A stretch of 64,000 nucleotides of DNA from Octopus vulgaris (GCA_951406725.2 OX597814.1:168144001-168208000); one strand, 5' to 3'; positions 47,941 through 60,425 are shown, counted from the first letter of the stretch. Program-made: numbers and translations. Notes: generated by a model not told the origin, from the sequence alone.

Positions 47941-48370
47941 AAGAAGAGCAATAGCAGGGTTTGAGTAGATTTGTGTAGTACTTGAAGTAGCAGTAGCAGC
48001 AGTAGTAATAGTCGATTGAAAATTCACCATTGTATTTAGTAGTGCCATTGAGAATTCATAGAAGAAGTTTCGTGGGAATATGGATTTCACAAGCGGTCCC
48101 CAACAATCCCACATGTAAAGACATCCTGTTTGCCGCAGATTATCTACAGACGCAGGGACAGAATGACCGAGGAGCCGCCGGTTGCCGAAACAGACACTCT
48201 AAGGATTTTCACCAGAGCCCCTTCTGCCGGGTTGTCGCCCTAATACCACTCGGTGTCAGACCAATCCGCCTTGGGTGGCCCTACCAGGAACCGAAGTTCC
48301 GGACAGCATAGCTCTGACACTACCTGTTGCCAGCGTCCCCGCCACAGTGAGGAGGGGATGGACTTTGGGG
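47941..48370 (-). mobile_element. 5'-end-only fragment of an RTE (BovB/Rex3-like 5'UTR) inserted in a family C MITE (47858-48508)
   Basis: Minus strand GAGCTATGCTGTC..TGGTAGGGCCACCCAAGGCGG resembles, from memory, the GAGCTATG..AGGGCCACCCAAG motif of BovB/Rex3-type RTE 5'UTRs. Host MITE rejoins as ATCTCATAGC|TTTAAGATTT. Confidence 0.65.
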
Positions 48371-48843
48371 TTTAAGATTTCACTGATATGATTGTGTATT
48401 TTTAGAATGACATTATAGGCTACTTGTGAGAGGCCAGATCTGTCTGGCCTGAAAATAAAACAGGTACAATATTTGGGGCTAGATATGGCTGGTTTAAATT
48501 CTAAAGGGTTAAATAACATGAGTGCTAAATATTAAAATTTAATTATGAAATACATTAAAAATGCCAAAAAATTACATTTCCTTGTAATTAACCAGTATGC
48601 AATGTGACTGCAAAATATGTGGCATGATCAGTAAGTTCCAGTTACAGGTTGTGGCAGTTAACATGTTAAACCCACATAACACATGTGTTGAATGCTACTT
48701 TTTTTTCCATTTGTTCATCCACTTGTGTGTGTTTGTGTGTCCTTGTGTTGACAGTTTGAGCAAAAATATAGCAGCACTTGTTTCTATCGTTTGTAAAGAG
48801 TGTGTCCTATAAACTCAGTAGTTTCAATATATAAAGGAGATCA

Positions 48844-49094
48844 GTCAAATGAAAAATAAGTTAGGGTTGGTAAAGGATGACTAACTGTGTAGAACACTAA
48901 CTTCATAAGTTACATCCAACCCTTGCCAGCATGGAAAAAGTGGACATACAAATGGTAATGGCATGTGTAGGTCAAATGAAAAATAAGTTAGGGTTAGTAA
49001 AGGATGACTAACTGTAGAATACTAACTTCATAAGATACATCCAACCCTTGCCAGCATGGAAAAAGTGGACATACAAATGGTAATGGCATGTGTA
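48844..49094. repeat. ~127-bp tandem duplication containing a degenerate RTE tail
   Basis: Units 48844-48969 and 48971-49094 differ by a few substitutions and a 2-bp indel. Confidence 0.9.
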
Positions 49095-50433
49095 TGTTGT
49101 AACTTTCCTTTGACATTTTTTCCTGGATTGTATCTGTCTCTTTTAGATAGTTGTTAATACAAAGGACTTAAACATATACAGACAGATTAGCTGTGATTTA
49201 TCTTGTCAAAACACTGTGCTAAAATAAAATCCATTCATCTTTTCTTTCTTCTTTCTTTCCATTTATACTTTTAAAAGAACTTTCTTGTATCTAATTCTGT
49301 CAGGGAGCAGCCATTTGATAAATATTTACAGCCATTTGCTGAAACACAAATTAATCTTGTGTTAAGCTGTCTAACAAACTTGTCTCCATATCTGCTGATA
49401 AAATACTGACACATAGCTTCAGTGCATTCATTCTTAATGCTGGTAATTTGCATCTAAAATCCATATTAGAATTTTCAATTGAATATTATCTGCAACAGTT
49501 GTGATTGCAACTTATTTCTTTTACAGTTTGTTTCTTTGCATTTCTCTCTATCATCCCTGCCACTGATTTCTATGTGTGTGTGTATATAACTAATTAGCTA
49601 TATTGATTTTTAGGGTTGTAACAGGGGTATTCAACATGCCTGTTGCCCTTCCTTTTTCCCCTTTCTGTGTACATAGATGACTCACTGGAGTCTATCAGTC
49701 TGATTCACCTCTGTTCTGCTATTTCTATTCAAATATTTTGTTGATTTCATGACTTGTTGCTTTATTATTATTATTATCATTATTATTGTTATTGTTATTA
49801 TTATTATTATTTTTATTATTATTTTTATTATTATTATTTTTATTTTTATTTTTATTAGCAGCATGCCTATTCCTTTCTAACTTTTTTTGTTGTTTTTATT
49901 ATTATCCACATATTTTATTTTTTCTTGCTCCCCAACCCCTTATTTTTTCTTTCCTCCTTTCAAAAGGGAATTCGGGAAGGTTGCGCATTCCAATACGGAT
50001 ATATATATTTAAAACTTTGATTGTTCATGTGTTTTTTTTTGAAGAATTTATTAGGAGTTATTCCTGATACAAAACACAGAATTACACAGATTGCAGTATT
50101 CTATATTTTTGCTGATTCTTTTAGCAAAATGCATTACTGGCAGTTAGTTTAGATATATGCCTTTTGTTTATTATGTGGAAGTATTGCATGCATTTTCTAT
50201 GATGATTATGACTATTTAAGGTAGCTACCAGTTCAATGTTAGAAACTGGCTACTTCATTGAATACAGCTTTTGAATGTAAAGGAATACATGTAACTATAG
50301 CTTTACTTGGATAAACTTAGTGTGACACATCATTGGCATTGCTGGTTAATAACATGACCCAGATAAGACCAGCTTGGCTGTGAGGCTTTACTGCTACAGC
50401 AAGAATGAAAGAGCTTCTGGATATTAATGATAA

Positions 50434-50647
50434 TAATCCTTTTTACTATAGGCACAAGGCTTGGAATTTTGGGAGAGTGGGCTAGTTGAATGCATTGACC
50501 TCAATATTTGACTGGTATTTATTTCATTAACCTCTGAAAGGATGAAAGGCAAAGTTGACCTTGATGGAATATGAACTCAAAACAAAGATTGATGAAATAC
50601 CACAAAGCAATTTTGTCCAGCATGCTAATTCTGTAAGCTCACCACCT
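50434..50647 (-). mobile_element. tRNA-derived Nin/Deu-domain SINE
   Basis: Homologous to 20195-20411. Confidence 0.8.
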
Positions 50648-50812
50648 TATTAATGCCAATAAAAAAAAAAAAAAATTAACAAAAGCAGGTTATAATGGTT
50701 TTTATAAAAGTTTCTGTAGTAGTGGAACCCATTCAATTTGAGGAAATATTAACATTATAAGAGATAAATCTGTCAAATTTTGGTTCAAGGCCAACACTTT
50801 CAAGGGAGGGAA

Positions 50813-51110
50813 TAAGTATGAAATAGCCTAGCTATGGAAAATGAAGGTGAAGATAGTGCCAATTATTGTTGGGTTCTTGGGAACAGTATCAGAAGGTATC
50901 AAGAGGAATGTAAAGGAAATAGGAATAGAGTGCCCAGTAGATCTGTTACAAAAGGTTTGCCTCCTTGGCACAGCTAGAATAATCAGGAAAATATTAGATA
51001 GTTGAAAAGAACAGATAGCATGGTACCGTAGGCTGTAGGTAGCAAGCCCACTACGCATGCAAGACTCCAGGAGCTCCAACAAAACCTGTGATAAAGAGAA
51101 ATAATAATAT
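50813..51110 (+). mobile_element. R4/Dong-like (restriction-like endonuclease) non-LTR retrotransposon 3' end with (TAA)n tail
   Basis: Frame 50820-51005: EIA*LWKMKVKIVPIIVGFLGTV..LLQKVCLLGTARIIRKILDS*, the typical RLE C-terminus (VPI.VG.LG, LQK..LLGT..I.R). Confidence 0.8.
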
Positions 51111-51887
51111 TAAAAAATAACAAAAACAGAATTATAATAGTTATTAAAAGTTTTTATAATAATGAAATCCCTTCAATTTGAAGAGATTTCAACATTATAA
51201 GAGATAATGCCACTGGTTCATGCCCAAAAAGAAATTGATAATTTTGACAATCATTTTCAGGGATTACATGAGTCAGTCTCTTTTTTGTATATGCATTGAT
51301 AAGATCAAATGTAAACTGATGAAACTGCTTCCATGTCATCCAAAATCAAATTGAATTTCTGGAAGAATGGTTACGAGTATTAAAATTGGTTTAAAAGCAT
51401 ATTCACCAAGTAAATGTTATTAATGCATATCTCAGTCACATGTTTTTTTGAATTATCTAACAATCTCTTGCTCAGTAAGATTCTATTCTAAGTCCTTCTG
51501 CTTTGGAGGTCAAATTGATCGTTAGTGACAATGTCTTATGAAATTGGAGCTCCAATTTGGTATGCATGCAGAAGAAATGAACTACAAGCTCAATTTGAAT
51601 CTTAAGCAGGAAATACTACAGCTGTGATTCTTAAGGGTTAACAAATTATGCTAGATCATGCAGAGTAAAATATACAATGACACGCAAATTGATAGTAGAC
51701 AAAATGCTGATATAGTCTCTCAGGTTTTATTCAGTTGTATAAAACTTCTGAAAATAGTCATGTGTAACATGTACTTTACTTCGATAAACTTAGTATCACA
51801 TAACAGCTTACATGCCTGTGCATGTGAGGAATATCTGCGCGTGTGCTTGCATATGCACACACACGCAGACATATGCACATTTATAAT

Positions 51888-52406
51888 CATCATCGTCATT
51901 TATTGTCCAAATTCCATGATTAGGTCAGAAGACTATTGAGCTCCATTGTCTGTTTTAGCATGGTTTCTGCAGCTAGATGCTCTTCCTAATGCCAACCACT
52001 TAAGAGTGTACCAGGCGCTTTTTCATATTACTACTACTGGTGATGTCACCAAGTTGCTCACAACACATGATTCCTTAATTGAAGGGGTGTAGTATGGAGA
52101 GAAGTGGATTATGCTAGCTGTTGAGAGGTAAGAGTATGATAATGGGATACAAAGAGGTGTTTTGCTATAGAGGAGATACATGGCTACCCAGGCTGGAAAA
52201 GGAGAAAAGAGAGTCATGATGAAGTGTCAGGGTTCAAGAGGGTGAATGGGGACAGAGGAATGGGCACAGCGTATGAGGTCAGAGGATCAAGTAAGTTTGC
52301 AAGAATGTGAAGTGAGCAATAGATGGTTGGAGGGAGGGAATATAGGGATGAATGTGATGCAGTGAATAAGAAGGGAGGGTTATGGTCTTTGAATATCAGT
52401 GTGAAG

Positions 52407-52452
<46 letters not shown>

Positions 52453-53113
52453 GCACATGGCTCAGTAGTCAGTGTTTGGCTCACAATCATGAGGTAGTGA
52501 ATTTGATTTCCGGACCAAGCTGTGTGTTGTGTTATTGAACAAGACACCTTATTTCATGTTGCTCCAGTTCACTCAACTGCAGAAAGGAGTTATGATGTCA
52601 CTGGTGCCAAGCTGTATCAGCCTTTGCCTTTCCTTTGGGCAACATTGGTGGCATGGAGAGGGAAGGCCGGTGTGCATAGGCAGCTGCTTGTCATAAACAA
52701 CCTTGCCTGGACTTGTGCCTTGGAAGGTAACTTTCTAGGTGCAATCCTATGGTCATTTATGACCAAAGGGTGTCTTTATGTATATTTCACTTGCCTCAAT
52801 AGGTCTTTGCAAGCAGAGTTTTGTGTCCAATGAAGGAAAGGTACGTATAAGTGGGCTGGTTACACCCCTGGCATAGGCCACGGGTTATGGTCTCACTTGG
52901 CTTGCTGGGTCTTCTCAAGCACAGCATATTTCCAAAGGTCTCGATCACTAGTCATTACTTCGGTAAGGCCTAATGTTCAAAGGTCGTGCTTCACCACCTC
53001 ATCCCAGGTCTTCCTGGGTCTACCTCTTCCACAGGTTCCCTCAACCACTAGAGTGTGGCACTTTTTCACACAGCTATCCTCACCCATTCTTGCCACATGA
53101 CCATACCAGCGCA
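51888..53113 (-). mobile_element. RTE 3' fragment (ORF end and long 3'UTR) interrupted by (TA)n and a family E SINE (52450-52778, +)
   Basis: 52786-53113 is colinear with 17518-17845 (LRWYGHVARM..RGRPRKTWDEVVKHDL); tail motif at 51888-52025. Confidence 0.75.
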
Positions 53114-54015
53114 GCTGAGAGACGACTGTGCAATACATACATATATATATATATATACATACATACATACATATATATATAGATAGATACATATAACATA
53201 CATACATATACTTTAGTATATAGTTATATATAAGAAATATTCTAGGCAGTTAATTTGTTTCTTCTCATAAATTCCAAACTGAAAATTTTGATGGAATTCC
53301 TCTTCAGTGTATATTGTGAACATCTGCATTCTCAAATAGTTCTTCAGATTGCTGGCACCTCTTAGCTTTGATGAATTTTTCATCATGATGCAGAGTCTAA
53401 TGCTACAATATTAATATTATTTCTTGAGCTTGGAGCTTTTAAATCTGTTCATGCCTTAGTATTTATTTATATCAAGCAGTATGTTTAAGTTAGACATTAC
53501 TTGCTGTTCTTTAGTTTCTTTTGGTCATCACAGCCAAGACCATGATGGAGCACCACTCATGAATATTCATTAATGTATGTCAGCAGTTTTTTTTCCCCTC
53601 TTACTATACTAGCAATCATTTTTCATTTTGTACAATTTGAGCTTAGAAGGAAGTTAAATTGTTTTAATTGAAATGAGGTGTAGTTCAATCTACTAGTGAC
53701 TGCAGCCAAATCTCCCTCAAATCACACTCTACTGTTTTTGTAACTTATTACTTTAGTTACACTGCTGGGTCTATTTAGAATATTATTGGGTATTCTTATC
53801 AATCCTGTGGAGTTTCCACAGGTTTTCTATTGAACACAGAACTTTAGTTGTTTGTTAGTGTGGTGGTTATAATAATGGCAAATGGCAGGCAAGAGAAATA
53901 GACAGACAGAGTAGTAGGAAATCATGACAAATGTTAGATGAGGTGGTAACAGTGAAAGGTAGGAGAAACAAAATGAAATGTTGTTAAATCGCTACAGACA
54001 TATAATCATACATGT

Positions 54016-54067
<52 letters not shown>

Positions 54068-54859
54068 TCATACATACAAACATACTTTGAGGATTATAAT
54101 AGTTTGTTGTGATGATGCTATTGGTAGAGTGTTTAGTTAATGAAGGAGGTGGTAGTGGATTTTTTTGTTTGAAGGAGTTGATAGCAAATTATTTTTGTGA
54201 AATGAAATTTGAAAAAAAAAAATTGCCATATGATTTGACTTATATGGCTTAGTACAAATAACCAACACCTCCACAACTATCAACAAATAAATATAATCAC
54301 TGTCACCTCCACCATTTGCAGTTATTTCTTATTTTTCTATTTATTTTCCTGTTTTATTTGAAGGGATCAGTGAAAGTTGTTAGGTTCCATAATTAAAGAA
54401 CTGCAAAAGTTTAGAATGAAACTATTTCACTTAGTTCTTTAGCCCTTTTTATATCAACCTGCCTGAGACTGTCCTTGGTTCTATGATACAGAATTTCTGA
54501 TCTAAATTAAAAACCTTCCATCAAAATTTCATGTTTATATGTGTTCTAAACAACAGGTTTATGATGACAGTTATTTTATTAAATGTTTTCATTATTTTCA
54601 AAATTCATTAAAACAAAATCAATGAATTTCAGCAGAAATATAGGAACAAAAGAGTTAAATTCTCCTTTTATATCTCAGCAGACCTTATGTTCTGTAGGGT
54701 TTCAACATTTATTTGAAATTCTGTATAATATTGGTACAAAGCATGTCTTAAGTACAGGTAGTTCTTAGAGTAAAAAGGCAAATATCATACTAGTGTGAAG
54801 TAGCTTGTGTAGAAGTTAGAGAGGTTTGTTTAAAATGTTTTACAGTATCTAGTTAAACA

Positions 54860-55096
54860 CCATCATCATCATCATCATCATCATCATCATTTAACATCCG
54901 TTTCCATACTGGCATGGGTTGGGCGGTTTGACTGAGGACTGGCAAGCCAGGAGGCTGCACCAAGCTCTAAATCTATTCTGGCAAGGTTTCTACAGCTGGA
55001 TGCCCTGCCTAATGCCAACCACACTCCGAGAGTGTAGTGGGTGCTTTCGGAGTGGTTGGCGTTTGGAAGGGCATCCAGCTGTAGAAACCTTGCCAG
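54860..55096 (-). mobile_element. RTE 3' tail copy with an inverted duplication (fold-back)
   Basis: Arms 54978-55029 and 55047-55096; 29-bp perfect core CTGGCAAGGTTTCTACAGCTGGATGCCCT / AGGGCATCCAGCTGTAGAAACCTTGCCAG. Confidence 0.88.
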
Positions 55097-56554
55097 TTAT
55101 TATTTGAAACATGATCTGCTAAAAATACCCCTCCACCTCCAGTAAGCACCGGCTATCTGCTGGATTTTAAATCATCTGCCATAGAACTAGAAACCTATTT
55201 CATATGAAGAGGATTGTTATAACCCAATTTATGATATCAGTAATTCACAATATTCATGGATAGCTATGTCAAGTTGACCTCACTGCTGAGGTTGTGGTAT
55301 TTTAGCTCCGGGTCAAGCCTAACTGAGGAGACCTATAATCAAAGACTGGCTCGCTGTGACCATCCAGTCCTTTTTATTTCAGGGAATACATTGTTCTATA
55401 TGTACTTCTTTAAGGTGGTAGGCTGTGATTTGAAGGAGCTTTAGCTGCTCTTTCTATTAGTTGAATGATCATGAAGAGGCTCTTGTTGGTTAGACTTATA
55501 AGGTTGAATATATATATATTGTATATATATTGTCAACAGAAAAAGCAACCCAAATATTCTCTTGAGAGAGAGAGAGAGAGAATTGACTCTGGTACTTATT
55601 TGGCAACTTTGTAAGGATGAAAAGCAAAGTTGACTTGGGAAAGATTTGAACTCAGAATGTAAAAAGCTGGATTGTAACTGCAAGGTGTTTTTCTGATGTC
55701 CTAATGATGCTGCCAATTGGCTGCCCTACATGTATGCATATTTAGTATATAAAAATAGTTTTTTTCCCTACATAAGCTCAAGGTCACACTTGGGGGTGGA
55801 GTTGAGTCAAATAAATCAATCTCAAAGTTGACTGGTATGAATATGTATACGATTATGTGTACATATTGATGTTTATTGGTCTGTGTTTGTTGCATGTGTC
55901 CATTTATGATCATATTACATCATTAATTCAAACATTTTGTAATTTCTTAAAGAAGATATTTCACCTGTAACACCAGCAAATTAGCAATATATATATATTT
56001 TTTTTATTTTAATAAACCTCTGCCAGCCATCCAACCAATCAGCCTACTTTATATGTGTGTGTGTTTCTTTCTCTCCTTCTCTCTCTCTCTCTCTCTCTCA
56101 AGTTCAACACTGTAGACTCCCTTGCAAGCATAAAGCTGTCTGGACAACTTAAGAAAATAAATCTAGGTTGCAGGCAGGGGAGCCTCTTGAGGTAAAGAAA
56201 GAATATGTATGTTGAAGGCTGTGTGGGGGGGGGCTTGTAAATAAGTGGGGGAGGCAGAATTGGGCAGGTAAGGATTTAAGTGTTAGAGTGAAGAGTGAAG
56301 ACTGCCTGGGAAGAAATACATTTACCTGAATTTCAATATTTTTTTTTTAAAGTTCATTTTTTTATCACTAAATATGAAATAGAAAACTTTTGACAGAAGG
56401 AAAGTATTAGTGGATTTGTGTGTGTGTGTGTGTGTGTGTAAGAAAGAGGAGAAAGAGTTGCTGTACAACGCCCAGCTAAAGTTTTGGCCGGCTGTTAGCC
56501 ATGCTCAGGTAACAAAGTACTCATTACCCACAACCGACTTGATGTTATCTATTT

Positions 56555-56790
56555 ACTACTACTACCACTACCACCACCACCACCACTACTACCACCACCA
56601 CCACCACTACTGCTGCTGCTGCTACTACTACCACCACCACCACTACTACTACTACCACTACTACCACCGCCACTACCACCACTACTGCTGCTGTTGCTAC
56701 TACTACCACCACCACTACCACTACTATTACTACTACTACTACTACTACTACGACCACCACCACCAAAACCACTTCTACTACTACTACTAC
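56555..56790. repeat. Compound trinucleotide microsatellite (CAC/TAC/TGC)n
   Basis: Direct reading; explains the His/Tyr/Cys, poly-Val and poly-Leu pseudo-ORFs. Confidence 0.95.
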
Positions 56791-57584
56791 TTTACATTAT
56801 TGCTGTCTCTATTATTACCACTACCTCTGCTACTGTCACTGCAACCTTTACTGGCAATGTTAGCAACCAGTGGTTGTTACTACTGTTAATACGTCTGAAG
56901 AAGAACAGTTCCCACCGCAAGCAGGCAAAAGCAGGCAAATCGTCACCACCTTTGCCAAGATGACAAAAAAAGCTAAATATACTGTTGCATTTTTGTTATT
57001 GTTATACTAGTGACATGACACTATCAACATGACTTCTCTTCCATTCTCTATTGTTCTTTCTCTAGTAGCAACCCCCCCCTCCCCGGATACTATTACTAAT
57101 AGGATGAGCAGTTTTATGACCTCCAAAGAAATACTGCTTTTGGTTATTGGCTGACTAGGTCAGCCTGAGAGTGGGCCACCTCAGATTGAGTCCCAAATTT
57201 CAAGGTGTAACTTACATTAATGACAACCTAAGAAAACTGAATGTGTATTGAATTCTAAATACAAACTGACATCTTATACCTACTATATCTTGAGTGACTG
57301 ACCCAGGATTGCTTGCAAAGCTTCTAATTGGTTGCCTTCATAATAAAGGCTCTGCTCAATGAACAAGTAAGCATAAGCAAGTATGACATCTTACAAAGTT
57401 GCTTAAACTGCTAAGAATTGCAGCCAAATTTCATTCGACAAAACTTTCCTCTGTCCTTTCTTCTGATAGTAAACTTAAGTCCTTATAGTGTTAAAGTCTT
57501 AAATTTTAGAACAGCATGTTAAGACTGGATGGTCATGATTATTTTGTTCAACTATTATTATTATCATTATTATTATTATTAATA

Positions 57585-58250
57585 AGGTGGCAAGCTAGCA
57601 GAATTCTTAGCACACTGGACGAAATGTGCTATGTTCTGAGTTCAAATTCCACCAAGATCGACTTTGCCTTTCATCCTTTCAGGGTTGATAAATTAAGTAC
57701 CAGTGAAGCACTGGGGTCGATGTAATCAACTAGTCCCCTACCCCACATTTCAGGTCTTGTGTCTGTAGTAGAAAGGATTATTATCAATAATCTTTTCCAC
57801 TATAGGCACAAAGCCTGAAATTTTGGGAGAGGGATCTAGGCAATTACATTGCCCCTAGTGCTCAATGGTGCTTATTTTATTGACCCCAAAAGGACAAAAG
57901 GCAAAGTTGACCTTGGTGAAATTTGAACTTGGAGTATTAAGCTGGAAGAAATACCACCAAGCATTTTGTCTGGTATAGTAAGGATTCTACCAGCTTGCCA
58001 CCTTAATATAATTATAATGATAATGATAACAATAATCTTTTCTACTATAGGCACAAGGCCCGAAATTTTGGGGGAGGGGAAAAGTGGATCACGTCGACCC
58101 CAGTACGTGACTGGTACTTAATTTATCAACCCCCAAAAGGATGAAAGGCAGAGTTGACCTGGGTGGTATTTGAACTCGGAATGTAAAGATGGATGAAATA
58201 CTTCTAAGCATTTTACCCAGAGTGCTAACGATTTTGCCAGCTCTCCACCT
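57585..58250. mobile_element. Cluster of three Nin-domain SINEs: 57585-57780 (+), 57789-58003 (-), 58034-58250 (-)
   Basis: Each has the AAGGTGG(C/A) head, B-box and GCCTTT..TCCTTT..GGGGT domain; separated by (AAT)n tracts. Confidence 0.85.
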
Positions 58251-60037
58251 TAATAATGATAAAATAATAATAATTATGAAACATTGTATTTATAACTTTG
58301 AAGCAGATCATATCAGATCCTTTTTTTTCTTTTGTGAACGTTTTTAAATATTTCTATGAAAGTTTTTTTTTTATATCCATCAGCTGATTTTAATACCATG
58401 CCAGGCCCTTAAGTACCTTTAGCAGAATCCTTTCTGCTGTATGCATTTAGACTAGGCTTCCAGTCTGAATATAACTCAAGATCTGGATGTTCTGCATCCA
58501 GCTGTGACTCATGGTTTTTTCTCTTCTCCTTAACCAGTTTCAAAGGCTCTACAAAAAGATTAAGGGTGCTTACACTTCCTCCTCTGACTAAGCCATAATA
58601 ATAATAATAATTACTCCCTGTGAACAGAAACTGTTATTTCAATTTTACTTTACTTGTGCAGCTGCAGGTTTTGGGAAAGGTGTGAACATTGCAATTTTGA
58701 TGTGTTTCCTCTTCCTAAGAAGTGTTGCCCACGTGTTCTATCAAAAAGAACCAATAAGGCAGCCAAAGACAGTTAACTTTTACTGCAGATATTGGATTTC
58801 TTCTTGGTTGCTTTAAGAAATGATATAAAATGAAATGAAATGAAGTTAATAATAATAATAATAACAACAATAATAATTTTATTATTTTCTTTATTTGCAT
58901 CTTTGTTGTTTTCTGAGTGTTTCTGATAAATCTTTGTCAGGTTATTTCCTGGTTTCTTTTAGAAAAGAACAACTTCCAATTGACAAAAGATTTCTCTCTC
59001 AAAATGGATTGTTTTTGATATTTTGAAGAATAGAAATAACATTTGAAAATGTAACAGGGAGAAGCATTTCAATAAAAAGACTGCTCTGTTTGCTTTTTTA
59101 ATAGAAATGTTTTGCATATGGTGCATATTGCAGTCTCTATTGTTTCCATATAATTGGTTAAATCATTGTCATTGTGTGTGTGACTGTGGAATTGGTAATA
59201 ATCCAAGCCTTCGTTATTTTTGTCTTTGTTGTGATTTTAGTTTTTTTGTTGTTGTTGTGATGCTCCTTTTTAAAATGATATTTTATCTAATATTTTCTAT
59301 TGTGTTCCACTTCACTGTTACATCAATGCCTCCTTCATGTTTTGTATTTCCTTCTCTTCAGTTATTTATGATGTTATTTATTTATAAAAAATATAAGAAA
59401 ATGAGGTGGTGGTGGTTGTAGGAAAAATTCAACAGAATTATTTAACAGCTTTTTAGTGAATTGCAAACCAAATTTAGCAGACCAAATGTCTTTGATATTT
59501 AGTTGTATCCCTCATGGATTGGCAGAATTTATAAAATTGATTATTTTTCATCTCTGACAAACAGTAATTTTTATGCTGTTTTATTTATTGCTATTTATTG
59601 CTCAGTAAATAAAGAATAAAGACAAATAAAAAATCATTGTGGCATATAATAGTTACGGGTAATGGAAAGTTTAGTGTCCTATATTCTCTGAAATAATTAA
59701 TAATCCTGTTGTTCTAAGGTAATTATTTAGTTTAATTTTTTAAATTATTTCTAGCCACCATAAAAGTCGTGGATTGGTTGAATTGGTATTGCAGCAAACA
59801 AAATATTTTTTGATATGTGTGTCCCTGATGGATTGACATAATTAAGAGAGCAGCAGACCAAATGTCTTGTGATATTTAGTTACATCCCTCATGGATTGGA
59901 AGAATTAGTAGAACAGCAAATGAAATGCCTTGTGGTATTTAGTAAGTTCTGATTTCAAATCCTACCACAGTCAGTTTTTATCTTTCATCCCTCTGGTTAA
60001 GTATTTGATAAAATAAAATAAATACCCAACAGTTCTA

Positions 60038-60425
60038 CTGTATATTCTCGCAGATAGGTTGCACTTTTTTTTAACAAAGATTTCAATAAAAATCAGGGGT
60101 GTGACCTACCTATCCACTTGACATCACAGGGATCTGAAGTAGATGGCACCATATCAATAGTCAAGGCGTGTACCCTGGGCTTGGGCTTTTCAGTTTTCAA
60201 GTTGCTATGGAAGCATTTTTGTGATGTGTGCTTACTAGAAAGTGGAAACCAGAAGTTTGCATATTAGTCCTTTCGACAACATCGGTTCAAATATTAGTTA
60301 TATTTACAATAAAAAAGGGCCATGTAACTCCGCAGATTATAGTGTGATCTATCTGTAAGTCAAATACAAATACCTACTTTGACAACTCCAAACTAAGGGT
60401 GTGATCTATATGTGAGTATGTATGG
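60038..60425. mobile_element. Older Tc2/pogo-like MITE, TA TSD
   Basis: TA|CTGTATATTCTCGCAGATAGGTTGCAC ... GTGTGATCTATATGTGAGTATGTATGG|TA; CpG-decayed TIRs and GTGTGA(C/T)CTA subterminal repeats. Confidence 0.6.

Noticed and set aside
56410-56963. His/Tyr/Cys-rich, poly-Val and poly-Leu ORFs
   Set aside because: Products of a compound trinucleotide microsatellite; no domain or splice support.
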